Assembly (NCBI GenBank): GCA_030390025.1 | Contig: CM059433.1 | Coordinates: 113,584,001-113,648,000 of the forward strand | Length of the DNA stretch: 64,000 nt | Origin: Squalus acanthias | Lineage: Eukaryota | Direction: 5' to 3' | In this document: positions 1 to 13,400 of the stretch, one piece after another | Layout: each line of letters starts with the position of its first letter | Position numbering within the stretch: position 1 is the stretch's first letter | Translations under genes and position numbers: made by a program | Notes under the pieces: model-generated | Seen by the model: the letters and a program-made list of their open reading frames with translations, nothing else | Told to the model about the DNA's origin: nothing | The model's database searches: none

Positions 1-3000
1 TCTTCTGAAACACATCACCTCTAGAAAGCAGTAATCGTAGGGTTGTGTAACAATTAAAATAGTTAAACGCTTGATGTTAATGAATAAATATTTACTATCC
101 TTGTTTAAACCTCAGCAGCTTATTTATTCTGTCAGGCACGGCAAAGCAAACCACTAACCTATCCTGGAGTGATTAAAGGCCCAGCTGGCAGCCAGTGTAG
201 AGAGTTTGCATCGCTGTCCTTTCACTCAGTCTCCTTATACACGTTTGATCAAATAAATCCACAGTGCAGAATATGAGGGCCTTCTATAAATTTAATTTAA
301 GCTTATTCATACATATAAAGAACTGGCCTTGAGCCTGACTTAACTTGCAAAAGTAAAGCAATATCTTGAGGTGCACTTCCTATGACACAATGATTTTGTA
401 TGATGTCGCTGGCCGGAGTGCTGAATCAAGACAGCTATATTGATCATTACTGAATCTCGCTTATTAATCCATATTTGGAAGGTCCACATAACTTCTGAGC
501 ACTGGAAGGCTTCCAGTAAGTTGCTTATTTTTTTAATGCTTATATTTAGTTTGTTAAAATTGTGAGAAAAAGATCGACAGCCAAAGACCACTGCTATGAC
601 ATATTGAGTTGTGATGGTAATCTCACTTTAATCAATACCTTGTGCTATTGATGTCTGTGAAACTGTTAACTTTGTTTGGGGAGGGGGCAGAAAATAATGT
701 AGGAGCATTTGAGAAATGAACGTTTTAAGAGATAAATGGTGAGCATATTCATTTGGAGGAAGGCCACTAGATGATAGGTTACAGCACGATGTCCCGTGCA
801 ATTGTAAAAAAATTAATCCAAAATGATAGTTTAATAATTGTTAGCAAAGCTCGTAATCATTTACCAAAATTAATTCTGCCTTCTAGAGCAGTATGCTCAG
901 ATAGCTGCAGAAATCCATTTCGTGGACAAGCTTAAAGTACATTTGTTAATATCCGCCGTATTGTCCAAGAAATTACAACACACATTTGAAAAGGTGAGAA
1001 TCCTTCAATGTATCAGATACGATCACATTTTGTCCTGGAAGCACCATAATTATGAAATAAATTTATGCCAAAATGTATATTTTTATTGTAGTAATACCAA
1101 TTATAATTAATGTTAACCTGGAAATGAATTCCTTTAATACTTTTTGTTTAAATATTTGAATTCTCCTAGTGATTTTTTTTAAACCAAAAAAATGCTTGGT
1201 TGTTCAAATTTGTCATTGTGATGTGTTCCTTGATTAATATATTGTCATTTAATTTATATTTGTTGCACTAAATAGTGGAATCACTTCAATTAAAATACAT
1301 AAAATTATGTATCGCACGGTTATGAGAAAAGTGTACTATTTCAACAGTTACATCAGATTAGAACTGGGGAGGGGGGGGAAATCAGTCATTTAAAAAAAAA
1401 ATGGAAACTGCATTTGTCCTTCATGGTAAAGCGTGTAATGGGTCAGTATAGTTACATGCATGCTGATGTCAATTGTCATTGAAAATCAAATAGAGCTGCT
1501 TATTGACATTCTGCCTCTAAAAATAGAGTCTGAGGATATGCGGGATCATCAAATTAAAGGGCATAGGTGACAAACCAGGTGGAAGGTCACTGAGCTCATT
1601 TTGAACAGGCCAGTACCAGTTTTCCCTTAGCTGAACAAAGGCTTAATTATGCAGCTTCCAAGCCTGTGATGACCAGTCACTGTGGTCAATGCAGATTGAA
1701 CTGGCAGGATACATTTCTGCTGGGAACTAACTAATTGATGTCTTAATCTCTGCCTGCATTTTCAAACACAAAAAAGACATTAAAAGTGTCCTTTTATTTG
1801 AGCATTGGACATTATAACAAGGAAAACAAATTTGTGAAAAATGTAGCTTGAAAAAGTTGTAATTTACACCATCAAATCTTTCTCTCTTAGTTTATTATTT
1901 AATGACAAATGCATATATTCCAAGTTTTATTTCATATTCTAGTGGTAGATAGGTAAAGATGGAAAGAAAAAGCACAAATAAAATCTGAAGAGAGCTACTA
2001 AATGTTCCAATTGTAACCTAACCACACATTGCAGGAAATGGATAATGATTGAAAGGAATACAACAACAATTAATTTTCAGTTCCTGAAAAATAAGAGGGA
2101 TTTTTGTGCATGTTGACATTGTGTTCCTGTATAAAGCAAATGGTCAATGTTCTGGATATTGCTCTTTCGAACCTAAAACAGACACTGCCAAATGCAGCAT
2201 CAGTACTTAACCTTTCTTACTACTGTATCATTTGCAAAGCAAATAAGTTTACGGTATTCATACCAAACATTTCATCTTTAGTGAATTGTGAATCAGTATA
2301 TTAAATGTTTTGAATCTTACAACAGTGAATTGTTTTATAATTGTAAGACAACCTAGATATCTCTTGGCTCATTCAAACCTGATCGTTTTTTCAAGATAAA
2401 CCAGTGACTAAAACATTTAATTAATTCTGTTATCCCAGAGTTAAAGTTTATTCAATAATTCTACAAATGTGAACAGTTTTATAATGCTAGTGGTGATCTC
2501 CAAAAATATATAAAACCAGAGAACAAAAAAATGAAAATATCATTCATACAGATTTATTCCTGTGCAATAACAAAACATATAGCTTAACCTTTGAAATATA
2601 TTTATATTCATTTTCCATTATGGCTATCTGTTACAGCTTCCACTGTTGAAACATGTTTAAAGATTTTGCAGTTCAATTCTTCAAAAACCAAAAGTCACAG
2701 AAAATGGGAAATAAACATTTTAATTAAAATGAAATTATTAAGACCTGGCTATGGAATTATAATACATACACACATGTGCACAGGCTGTTCATCTCACTAG
2801 CTAGCATTTTTTTCTATTTTCTTGCTACTCAATGCATACTTTGAAACCATTGTCTCTTTAGGAACAATTAGATGCCTGTATTAGCACAATGAACCACACT
2901 GGCCCATATGCATGTACCAATAAACAGTACAATTTATATAAAGTATAAAGGTCAACCCTATGTAGACCAAAAATTAAATCAAATCAGAAATGAATGTTTT

Positions 3001-3724
3001 TTATGTAGAAAATATTTCTGTGCCAATTGTTCTTTGTTTTTCATATTTAAGTATGGAAGGTTAACAGAATTTATTTACAATAACAGTACCTGTAAATATT
3101 AAGTTAAATCTAAATTGCCAAATTATTTACATTGGTAACTGAATAAATAAATAAATATTGTAAATTACACTCCAATTTATCACTTATTTCCCTGTTGATG
3201 AAGTAGAATGGTATTTTTAGAAAATCTCAATTTTACTACAGGTAGAAGCAAATTCAGTCTCAAATATATATTTTTAAGGTTATTGATACCCTTGCTTTCC
3301 AATAGTTCCTTAATAGTTCAGTACATATTAAATACCGTAAGATGTATTTTTCAATTACAATTATGAGCACTAATTTGTTAAAATGTTAATTATTTTTCAA
3401 ATATAGATTGTGAAAATCTATCATTTAATTTCAACCACTCGAGCACAAAGGACCAGAGTTTGAGCTTGTGGGAATAGTGGATATTGGCATAAGTGAATTG
3501 AAACTCATTTGAAAAATAATAATCAATATATACCATATCTACAGAATGTTGAAAAATTTCAAAGTAGAATTAAATTAACTAACCATGGATAACCTCAAGA
3601 CCATGAACTAAACCAGTGTGTTAATTAGTTGAATCTGCTTGCCAATAAAGCACACACTGATGTATGACAGATCAACCACTGTATCAATATGAAATGCTAT
3701 GTTATATCTGTGTATACACACATA

Positions 3725-3864
3725 CAAACAATTAATGGATTATTTAAAAGGTTACTTATTTTCTCTTCTCATGCATACCTGATTTATATAACATTGTATG
3801 CATATTTGTGTGTGTGTATAAGAGAGAAAATAAGTAACCTTTTAAATAATCCATGAATTGTTTG
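3725..3864. repeat. 42-bp near-perfect inverted repeat with a 56-bp spacer
   Basis: 3725-3766 is the reverse complement of 3823-3864 with one mismatch. Confidence 0.9.
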
Positions 3865-6289
3865 AAATATTTGTTTTACTGACTAAAGACAGCAAGGCTA
3901 AAGTTTTTCTTGTTGTTTTAAATAAGGACGACTTCTATAACTGTCAGAACTCCAAATTAGAGCCAGCTCATTAGCCAATCGAGTAAGTGGTGGGGAGAAA
4001 AATTGATCACAAACAATGCAAGAAAGTCACATTTTTTAAATCCCATTTAGAAAATACAATCATCAATGGAAATATATACAATATGTATTTAAAAGAAAAA
4101 TCACATTACATACTGTTAAATGCATAAGTATTCCAAAAGACCATTCAGTACTTGCAGAGTTAAGTTTTCAACCCTAGTTAATTAACAGCATTAAAGCAAT
4201 GCATCAGATAATCCCATATAATGCAGTATGCTTTTTCTGACATTAAGAAATATGCATTTGTACAAAATCAACTTTAAACAGTAGCATGGAGCCAGTTAAA
4301 TATTATACTGATGCATTGCCTGCAAAAATGATGGCCACTCATCACAATTTACATTAGACAATGATTCTGCATCAAGCTCTGCTGAATGGACTAAAATGTA
4401 TAAATATTAAGATTTAAAGCTTAATTTTATTTAAGTAAGATTTTATATGACTTAAAACTAAAATGTTATATTGGAAACCTAAATATTATAGTATTTTGTA
4501 AATAAACATCTATTGCTTAAGCATGTTACATGAAAGTGCTTTCACTGATATTTTACCACATTCCCTCTAAGCACTAATCATCCTGTTGCAACTTTCTTCA
4601 GATAACCTCCTGTAAACATTTAATGCTGATTTTTGTTGAAGTAAAATTACAAAAACATTGAGTGTTTCTTAATGTACAATGTTCTCTGAACTAAAACATT
4701 CAACTTTATTCTAATTTATTTTAGTCATTTTGCACAGTGGCTCTACAACACATGGTCTAAAGCTAAACTTTTGACAAAGGAGTAAATTGCTTCAAGTTCC
4801 ATAGTCACAGCATTCAATTTCTATTTCCTGCAATGTTAAAGAAACTTCCTGTCTCTCTCTTTGTTTGTTTCACTCCTTTTAAAGCATATTTCCACTTTAC
4901 AGAAAGTATATTTTGTCCAAAGGTGTAATTATAACATTTTACAGCTTGTCCTTCTGATTTGCCTTTGTATTCTTTTTATTTTTGATTCCTCTAAACTGGT
5001 CTGTAATTCAGAATACTGATTCTGAGCCATTTACATTTGGATTATTTTGCTGTAAATTGCAACTAATGTTAAGTTTTTTAAAAATGTATATTAATTTTAG
5101 GTGCAACTTGATGTCTTGATTTATGATTTTCACATTTGGTTATTTCCCCATAAACTACTGGTAGAAAATATCTCCTGACAATTATTGCATTATCTATATA
5201 TTCTAATCCTATATAATCTCAAAACCTCCTGTGTACAACCAATTGTGCCTATTAGAATGTTATCACTTTTTGGTCACCCACACTACTCCAATAAACTGGT
5301 ACCTCATTATTTAAATCTAATTTAATTAATATATACATACGATGGTGAGTCCTGGTAAACAGCAGCAAAATAAAACCCCAATTAAAGCATTTTGTTCCAT
5401 TTCACAAGACATCAATATTTTTTTGTATTCATTGTACTCTGACATATTTCAGCCTTCATCAATAGTGCATCTCAAAAATAGTTGAAAAGCACACAAGCAA
5501 GTAAAATGGTATAAAGGGAGTGATTTCTAAGTACTAATCTAATGGTGTCATAACTATAAAGTGAGCATCATTCTCACAATTTATTACTTTATTTGAATCC
5601 CCATGATTAAATTACATCCTTTAAACTCACTCAGAGGTGCCTACTATTCTCTTTTATTTTAATGCAGAAAAGATACTAACATCCTCAAAGGTTAGGAGGA
5701 AAAAGGGCAGTGAAGCAAGATCAAGATGCTGGATTGGTTTGAAAACTCTGTATTTCACTTAGGATTTGCCTACTGGTAGGGTACATTGCACTGTTGCATA
5801 ATTTAACACAAATACCAGCAGTCCTGCCACACAAGAAAACACAGTGCAATATCTCTTTTCATTACTAGTTGCTTTAAAATCTGACCCCAACTCCTCATCA
5901 CCTTTCCTGCTTAATCCAAGAAACAGTCCTCTAGTTTCTGAAATAATGTAGCTGACAAATTGGAGAGTTCACAATTTAAAAAAAATACTTTTAATTGTCT
6001 GGCAGCAACAAATATGCCCAATTGGTTTAGCAGTCAACCGTTGGACTTGTTGATACTGAATATTTGTAATTAAAATCAGAGATGGTAAATTGTATAGTAT
6101 GGCTACTGTATACATTATCTAAATTTAAACTCTTACTTTCTTCTAGCTTTGTATACACTGATGCTATAGTTCAATTACTTTCCAATTGTATGCATTATTT
6201 TTGCTATATCTTGTATCTGTAAAAGATGTAGAATAAAATACTGTAATGTCCTCCAGTCAATATGTTGGTTGCTTAAATAGCCTTGAATA

Positions 6290-6645
6290 TTTTGTTTGAG
6301 GTGCACAGAGGATCCCACGGTTGACTCCCCATCTGTGCGGTTACCAGATATCAGAAAGAGAATTAAAATTGGCCTTAGTGCCCCGAGGTTAGGGTGGGGG
6401 AAATCAGCCAGGGTTCGGGCTCGAGAGCATTATCTAATGGCTGCTGCTGGAAGTGAACATCTAGAGATATCACGTGAGGATAGAGTCGGTCTTGGCTGTA
6501 ATGCCCCCAGTGGTTGAATAACCTGTCTTAACTCACTGTCAATACTCACACTTTTAGAATGACCACTTGGTTAAATGCAGGAGTGTGACCAGAACCATAT
6601 CCTACCTAGAAGTCAATGCCTTCAGAAGGGAGGAAATTGGTGGGG
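6290..6645 (+). mobile_element. Degenerate SINE, family B (tentatively AmnSINE2-like)
   Basis: Motifs aattggcct.agtgcccc, gaaatcagccagggtt, ttggctgt.atgcccc and gaatg.ccacttgg recur at about ten other sites in the window. Confidence 0.65.
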
Positions 6646-8699
6646 GGAAGGAGGAACATTAGGGTGTTAAAGCTTTGTTGAAATAAATCCTAATCAAAGT
6701 ACATTTAATTACAACTGATTCATCTCAATAAGTATGTTGTTTACTGAGCAAAAATTACAACAAAACCATTTAGGTGGAATTGTCTATCATGCTTTCTTCC
6801 TAAGATGTTGAACTTGGAATTCTGCCCCAAGATTGAAAGTAATAGATGACCCGAGTGTGATACAAGGCAGAACAGTCAAAAACTGTAGTTCTCAAATCCC
6901 TAAATCAGGTTGCATGCATTTTTGTGTAGTAATAAATGTTTATTTATTTTTTTAAAACATATTCTTCGCCAGCTACCTTTTTGGTCCAGAAAGTCCACTG
7001 TTAATTCAACTGCCTTTAAAGTGGATAGTCGTTTATTTCTCATCACATGGCCTTTTTGGGGGGGAAAACATGAACCAGGGATAACGTTGTAAGCTCTGCT
7101 TTGTGATGTGTTATTTTTGACCCTGTGTATATGTTAAATGAATTGCTGGGTGATATCTGATGTACTCTGACTTTGGGACTTGAATTTATAATATACAATC
7201 AACATATGTTGTAAAGAGTAAGAGAAGTAAAAAGTCAGATTCAAAAAAACAGCTTTTATTTTTTTTTTAAATAGAGTAAACCGTTGAAATTAATCTCTCC
7301 TCCAGTTTGACTCAATGGGGGCTTTATTTGCAATACAAGTTATTTGGAACTTGAATGGCAGATGTCAAGCTGCTTTGTCACACTGATGTAAACATCTCCA
7401 ATCATCCTACATAGAGTATGCCTACCAACTAGGCAAACAAAAAAACCTTCTATAAAACAATCTGATTTATGACCGGGAGACTCTTTTTGAAGTGACCATT
7501 TTAATGTCAGCACATTAATTAATTTAATGCCCCGATTTATTGAAGTAACATATCAACCTTAGTTTCTCTTGGCTCGTCTATTTGATGGTACGGTTGTTAT
7601 TTTGATAATTATATATGTTAGTGCATTTACTACCACGTCAGTAACGTTTATATAGGAAATGGGCAAGTGCAGTAAAACCACCCTGCCACACGCCCACCCG
7701 CCCACAGTACAATACTTGTTGTATTTATCTCCTTTTATAGAATGGGTAAACGTCGCCATAGAAACGGCAGCACCAGGATGTAGAAAATTTAAAAGGGCAA
7801 CAATCCTTTATACAATTAATATTTAAAAATCGCCTCTTTGCGGTGTGGTTCTGCAATAGAACCATACTGAATTACGTTGAAGCTGTTTATACAACCGAAC
7901 GGATAGTTTATATATGCATAGTAATGTTTTTTTTCCCCCCAAGAAGATAATCAAAGGTTCGGGTTTAGTCTGGGAGACACAGAAAGAATCATAAATAAGG
8001 TATTGCTTTGTAACCTTGGCAACCACAAAAATAAAATGGGACCCGTGCAATTGAGAGTCACGTTATTCTCAGATGACAGCACCAAAGTAATATTGCAGTA
8101 AAAACTCGCACATTCTGCAGTTAAAACGCTATTTCTTTGTCCTCCCCTCACTTAATGTTAAACAAAATAATGTAACGCCCTTTTACTTCACAATTCACGA
8201 CTATAGGACCAATTCTGTGTTCGAGTTCAAGAACTTGGAAAAACTGCATCTGCTATCGATGCAACTGTTAAAGAACATCTTTGACCGTGTAGATTTAATT
8301 TGGAGGGGGAAAGAGTGTGAGTTGGAGGAATAAAACCAGCGGGGACTTGGGGGACGCTCTGCAACAGTCAGAGATGCGGCACCCCTGTATTGGGTGAGGT
8401 CCCGGGGAATTCCTCAGTGAGTTGTCTTAATAAAATATCCTCTTATTTTTCCAACAAAGTGATCACGCCGCACAAAAGGGGGTTTCAACACGTTTGGAAT
8501 TACGTCTCGAGTATTCCTGCGAATTCGGCATATATCTCCTCCCAGCGAGTCCAATAGGTTGGCGGATTTATTTATTTTAATTAATTTGATAAAGCTACTG
8601 TATCCGATATTAAACGAGGCCGCGTGTAAACGCGCAAGAGAAGACTGCTTAACGTGCAACGCCCACCGAACCACAATCTCTCTCTCTCTCTCTCTCTCT

Positions 8700-9074
8700 C
8701 CCCCAGCTGATCTTTAGTGACCAGGTCAGTTTTCCTTTTGCCATTTGTTCTGAAATAGTGTTCGCTCGGCCGAGCAGCACAAGCAAGGCTGTGCGTCCAA
8801 CAAGCCGGCCTGGGCTGTCGGATCGCCTCCCCCTGGCCTCAAATCGCTTGAAGCCGCCAGCAGTGCTGAGTGAGTGAGTGAGGGGGGGAAGGGGGAGAAC
8901 CCCTATTTTTGGTCTCGGCAGACAGTGCTGTGCTGGGGGCAGCTGGGGAACTCGGTGTGTACACGGGAAAGTAAGAGGGGGAGAAAAAGCTAACCTCCTG
9001 AACACACCTGACTACGCGTGCTAGCTTCCGGCTGATCCAATGGCTGTGGAAAAGCAGACGCCGCCTGTTACCAG
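8700..9074 (+). other. Putative distal first exon of a long LIN28B transcript (5' end uncertain)
   Basis: Lies in a CpG-rich segment and ends in a consensus donor CAG|GTGAGT at 9074/9075, 1.3 kb upstream of the 10406 acceptor. Contains an out-of-frame ATG at 9040. Confidence 0.5.
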
Positions 9075-9473
9075 GTGAGTTCCTGTATACAACATTCTTT
9101 AAATAGCCCTGTGGAAACCCGAGCCCTCAGACTGATCACACCGCGCCGTCTGCCTCACCAATGACTCTTGCAAAATGGGCAACAGAACTGAACCGTGGGT
9201 TCAAAATGATCATCCTGCAGCTATCTTATAATAAGCAGCTCTGCTCTTCTGAACAGTGGACGCTTTTTAAACGTTGAGACCTTTATATGTGATCGTTAGA
9301 GGCAAATCTATCTCTTTTTTTTGTTCATGTATTCGACTTCTGACCAGGAAAAATTACATCTGAAAAATATATTTTTTTTTAAACCTACAAAATGTTCGAT
9401 TCTCCTCATGTACTAGCAGCATAATCTAATGAATAAAATTCAGCAAATCGACCATTTTGAGCAAAATGTGTTT

Positions 9474-9717
9474 ACGCATTTCAGTGGAAGCTAGATAAGT
9501 ACATGCGGGAGAAAGGAATTGAAGGTTGTCGAAAGGGTGAGCTGAGGTAAGGCGGGGGGAGGAGGCTCGTGTGGAGCATAAACACCGGCACAGACCTGTT
9601 GGGCCGAATGGCCTGTTTCTGTGCTGTAAATGCTCTGTAAACGTGTGGAGCATAAACACCGGCACAGACCTGTTGGGCCGAATGGCCTGTTTCTGTGCTG
9701 TAAATGCTCTGTAAACG
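9474..9717 (+). mobile_element. CR1 LINE 3' fragment with a tandemly duplicated 74-bp tail
   Basis: Similar to the CR1 3' end at 20905-21067. The unit 9568-9641 is repeated exactly from 9642. Confidence 0.85.
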
Positions 9718-10405
9718 CCACTTTAACGCACACAAAGCCGTGCACATGCAAGTTTAAGTTAAAATGTGTTTGGTATGTATGAGACATACTGGAGTCGTTC
9801 AATGGGACCAGCAGCATAATCATTGCTTTTAATGCAAAAACTGAGCTCTAGGACGTTATTGCACAGAACAATCGGCTCAAGTCGAGGAGTGAGTACTGGA
9901 ACGCAGGGAGTTCTTGTGTTACACTCTGCTGGTAAAATATAATCCATTATTAATAGCCTGAAAGAATATACACCTCGGTTTTGCAGAAGGGAAACAAATC
10001 CGTATGTCTTTCTCTCAAAAATGTGGCTGGAATGTTTGCTACACGATAGTGTAACGCTGGAAGCGGCCGATCGATAAACACAAACTCCAGCATTAGAACT
10101 CACCACAGAGTGAACATTGTAAAGCTCCTGGCTGTCCTAGAGATTGGAACCGTGCTTGTGAATGCTCCTGTGAGAAGCTTGAATTGCACTCAGCCGATTT
10201 ATATTTGGCACAGTTTAGTCCTTTTGTCTGTCTAGTGAGAAAGGTAATCGGAACATTCAGAAATCTTTTGGGATGCAATGAGACGACAGGATTCCGTCTG
10301 GGGAAGCAATGGCCACATTTTTCGTCTAACTATAAAAGGTTGTGAACTGTGTGCAAACATTTACTGTCCTTTCATGCCAAACTGAGCAGACGTGTTAATT
10401 TCCAG

Positions 10406-10457
10406 GTCTCAGAGAAGAGGATGAGCTCATTCAAGATGGTTTCCTGTCCAGACTCAG
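10406..10457 (+). CDS. LIN28B: Putative distal alternative LIN28B exon (52 nt; ATG at 10421; MSSFKMVSCPDS|G, phase 1)
   Basis: tttccag| acceptor and CAG|gttggt donor. Reads VSEKR-MSSFKMVSCPDS-G, in frame with exon 2. Resembles the recalled human upstream LIN28B exon VLQKR-MRSFNQVSSAP-G. Confidence 0.7.
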
Positions 10458-13400
10458 GTTGGTCGTTCTCTTTAAAAAAAAATGTTTGTAATATATATAT
10501 ATAGACACATGCTTGTGTGCCACTGAAGCACGATGTGATCTGCATTTCTTAATTCTATAGTTTTATAAAGCAGATGATCTAACTGTACGGCGGTCAATTT
10601 TCTGACCGTCCAATGCATTCATTCATGGCATGTCCTAAAAGTACATGATGTCCTGAAATGCAGTTAGATAATACCTGATTTAATAAATGGCGCTGAGGCA
10701 TACACAAAGGATTGGCCCACCAAAAATATATTGTAATTTGGCTATAATAATTCGCTGTTTAGTCGGTGCTTCTTCAGGCTAAGCTTCATTTTCAGAAGTA
10801 GTAAACGTCTTGATGATTGTACCTAAAAGCTTAAAGTACCTTTTCAGGATATAACGACATTGTGGGCAACGTGGAATCAGTTGTTGCTGACTGCATAAAA
10901 CTGAAATTTATTTTCTCAAACGACATCACTTGCAAAATAATGTCGTTTGGGACACTTTTGGGAGGGTAGGGGAGGTTTTTTCGAGGGGGAGAATTCAGCC
11001 CTGAAGCACAGTATAAAACTTCAGCGAATATCACATACTTGTTAGTGCGAGAAATGTAACATTAACCAACCAATTTTGTGTGCAGTCGGTGAATTCCCGT
11101 GACTTCTTCGCGGACTGGTTGTGATTTATTTTAAAGCTATATGTTAGGTACAGTACTGTAACAAAAGGGGGGCTGTCACTGAGAAGCAGTTTCGAATGAA
11201 GTGAAGATGTTGGATCAGCCGCTCTGTGCGAGATACTCGACTAAACTCACCCGCTATAGGCATGACATGCTTAATAATTGTTTTAAAGAAACATTTCGGC
11301 AAGAAAGACTGGAAGAAAAAGGGAAGCCCATTTAGGAGACAGCTTGTGGGAACAGATAGGTGGCACAAGTTGGTGTCATCAGACTGCGCCGTGTCCGCAA
11401 CCAAACAATACGGTTACGCTCTAGTTGCTGGTTCCATCCTTGTATCCGGTAACTCAAAATTCAGTGTTGGAAAACAACACTTTGCATAGTTCGCCTAATT
11501 GATAACTCACAGAAACCTGCCAATTACACAGGCCGCTTCTGTCCCGCGGTAGCCAGAGTTGGAGAAAGGTTCTTCTCAAACTCACTTTATAATGGATCTA
11601 GTGGCGAGTTATTAGGACCAAAGTTACCCTGTCACTTTTGTTTCCGTTTGTAAACTGGAACCGGGGAGAAGCTGGTGTCCTTTTCAGTGTTCTGATGGGA
11701 TTGGTGGTGATTATTTTAAGGTTCAGGTAAACTGACTGGCCTCTTTATCCAACTCCGTGTGTGTGTGTAAGAAATCGAGCGGAAAGTGGCAAACAAGCAG
11801 AAATGTTAAAACTGGAACGGTGTGGTGGAAGTGACACCCGATATAGAGCTCGCCTTGGTTTCTGACACGCATTACCCGACCGTTCACAACGGAAGGCTAA
11901 GGCACTTACTGTGTGGAGTGGAGTTGCTGGATAGGTTGTGTGTGGAGCCAGCAGCGCTCGGTTCGGACATCCCCGACACACACAAGCGGTCTAAATCCAT
12001 GGGTCGGTCTGTCAGTGAGGCCAACGCCGTCCAAACTCTTATTTACATGGGAGTGGGTGGCATTTTATAATCGGAATTACACTTTTAGTTACTACGGTCC
12101 ACGCCCTCCCCCCGACTTGCCGCATGAAGACAAATGGGCTTTCCCCCACACCCGTGCCCTCTCTAGTCTCGTTATCTGTCTTGTAGTTACAACCGCACTG
12201 TTAATATTCTCAGCACGCCAGCATTTCGGCTTACTAAGTCATGAGGAACACACAGGCAACGTGTGTGTGTGTATAGAGTATCTAAAGGTGGTCCTTACTT
12301 GTCGGTTGGTATGCGGTTGTCTTGCTCCGGGCTGGTCGTGGTCACTCGGGAGTCCATTGTGTTGACTCGATTCCAGCAGCATTCACTCGCTCGTTCGTTC
12401 TCTCTCACTGACTCAGTCACTCCCTGCTCCAGCTCCAACACCAACCCCAAGCATCGCAAAACACTGACATCACCACCTGCCAGAGAGGGATTTCCTCGAG
12501 GCGCGTCATCCGACCAACACAGCCCTCTTAAAGAAGCAGGACCCGTCCCACCTCACTTTAAACGGCGACGGGGACACGCTTTGAATAAGGATGGTTGGTT
12601 CATGCAAGTTTTGATTTTTGAGGGTGAGGGCAAGCAGCGTTCTCAGATAATCCCACCCTCTTGTTAGTGACCTTTTTGTTTTGGACTAAACCGAATCTCA
12701 ACAAATCAACAACGAAGTGGTTCTCTGTCTCTCCTTGCAACTCCTGCAAAGTATTTTAAGATTACTTTAAGAAGAAAGGTGGGAAAGTACCTCCCCGTTT
12801 GAAGATTGTTTTTGGTTTCATAACGGTGGAAGTGGTGGGGGTCAGATGTCGTTAGAAGCAACAGACCATTCCTTCTCGAAGTTCTGTGGTGTTAGTAAAT
12901 TTGTTCATTTTTTTTAAATGAGGAAAATAAAACAGTTACCCCTAAATCAAGCCAAGAAGGTCACCAGTTTAAGCTCCATTCCTGAGTGACATTTGACTTT
13001 TTCTCCTCTTAAGATAAATTGCCAACCAGGCTCCATGATTTAGGGAACCCCCAGAAATGAATATCCCAGATGGGCATGAAAGCAATGTACAAATCCACAG
13101 ATTGCCAGACCTGAACCCTAACCATGACTAATGTTCACACTCAGGTTTGCCCCAGATGGTGAGGTGTTGATCTTGCTTTTGCTATTGAACATTACACCAA
13201 ATAATTCAGAGATGCCTACATGATCAAAGGGAGGGAAATTGTCTGGCATTCAACCTTTAGTTGCATTTCAGCCTGTAGTGTATAGGCTGACTACAGAACA
13301 ACATTCATTTTCACAGTCACCCAGATCAATGCGCAACTTCCAGGAGAATGCAAATAAAAAGGATAATTTGAAGAGCGAAGTCTTCAGTTGATGATGGAGC

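Larger units (their letters stand above)
7450..12850. promoter_or_regulatory. CpG-retaining domain around the distal promoter and exons
   Basis: CG dinucleotides are visibly frequent here compared with the CpG-depleted, AT-rich flanks (2-6 kb and 13-14.8 kb). Assessed by eye. Confidence 0.6.

Noticed and set aside
11745-12667. Cluster of 80-150-aa ORFs
   Set aside because: Mostly non-ATG starts, no recognisable domains or convincing splice-site pairs; expected in GC-richer promoter DNA.
1-12850. HACE1 first exons (divergent neighbour of LIN28B in mammals)
   Set aside because: I found no MERAMEQLNRL-like or ankyrin-repeat coding on the minus strand. The CpG domain is better explained by plus-strand LIN28B exons.
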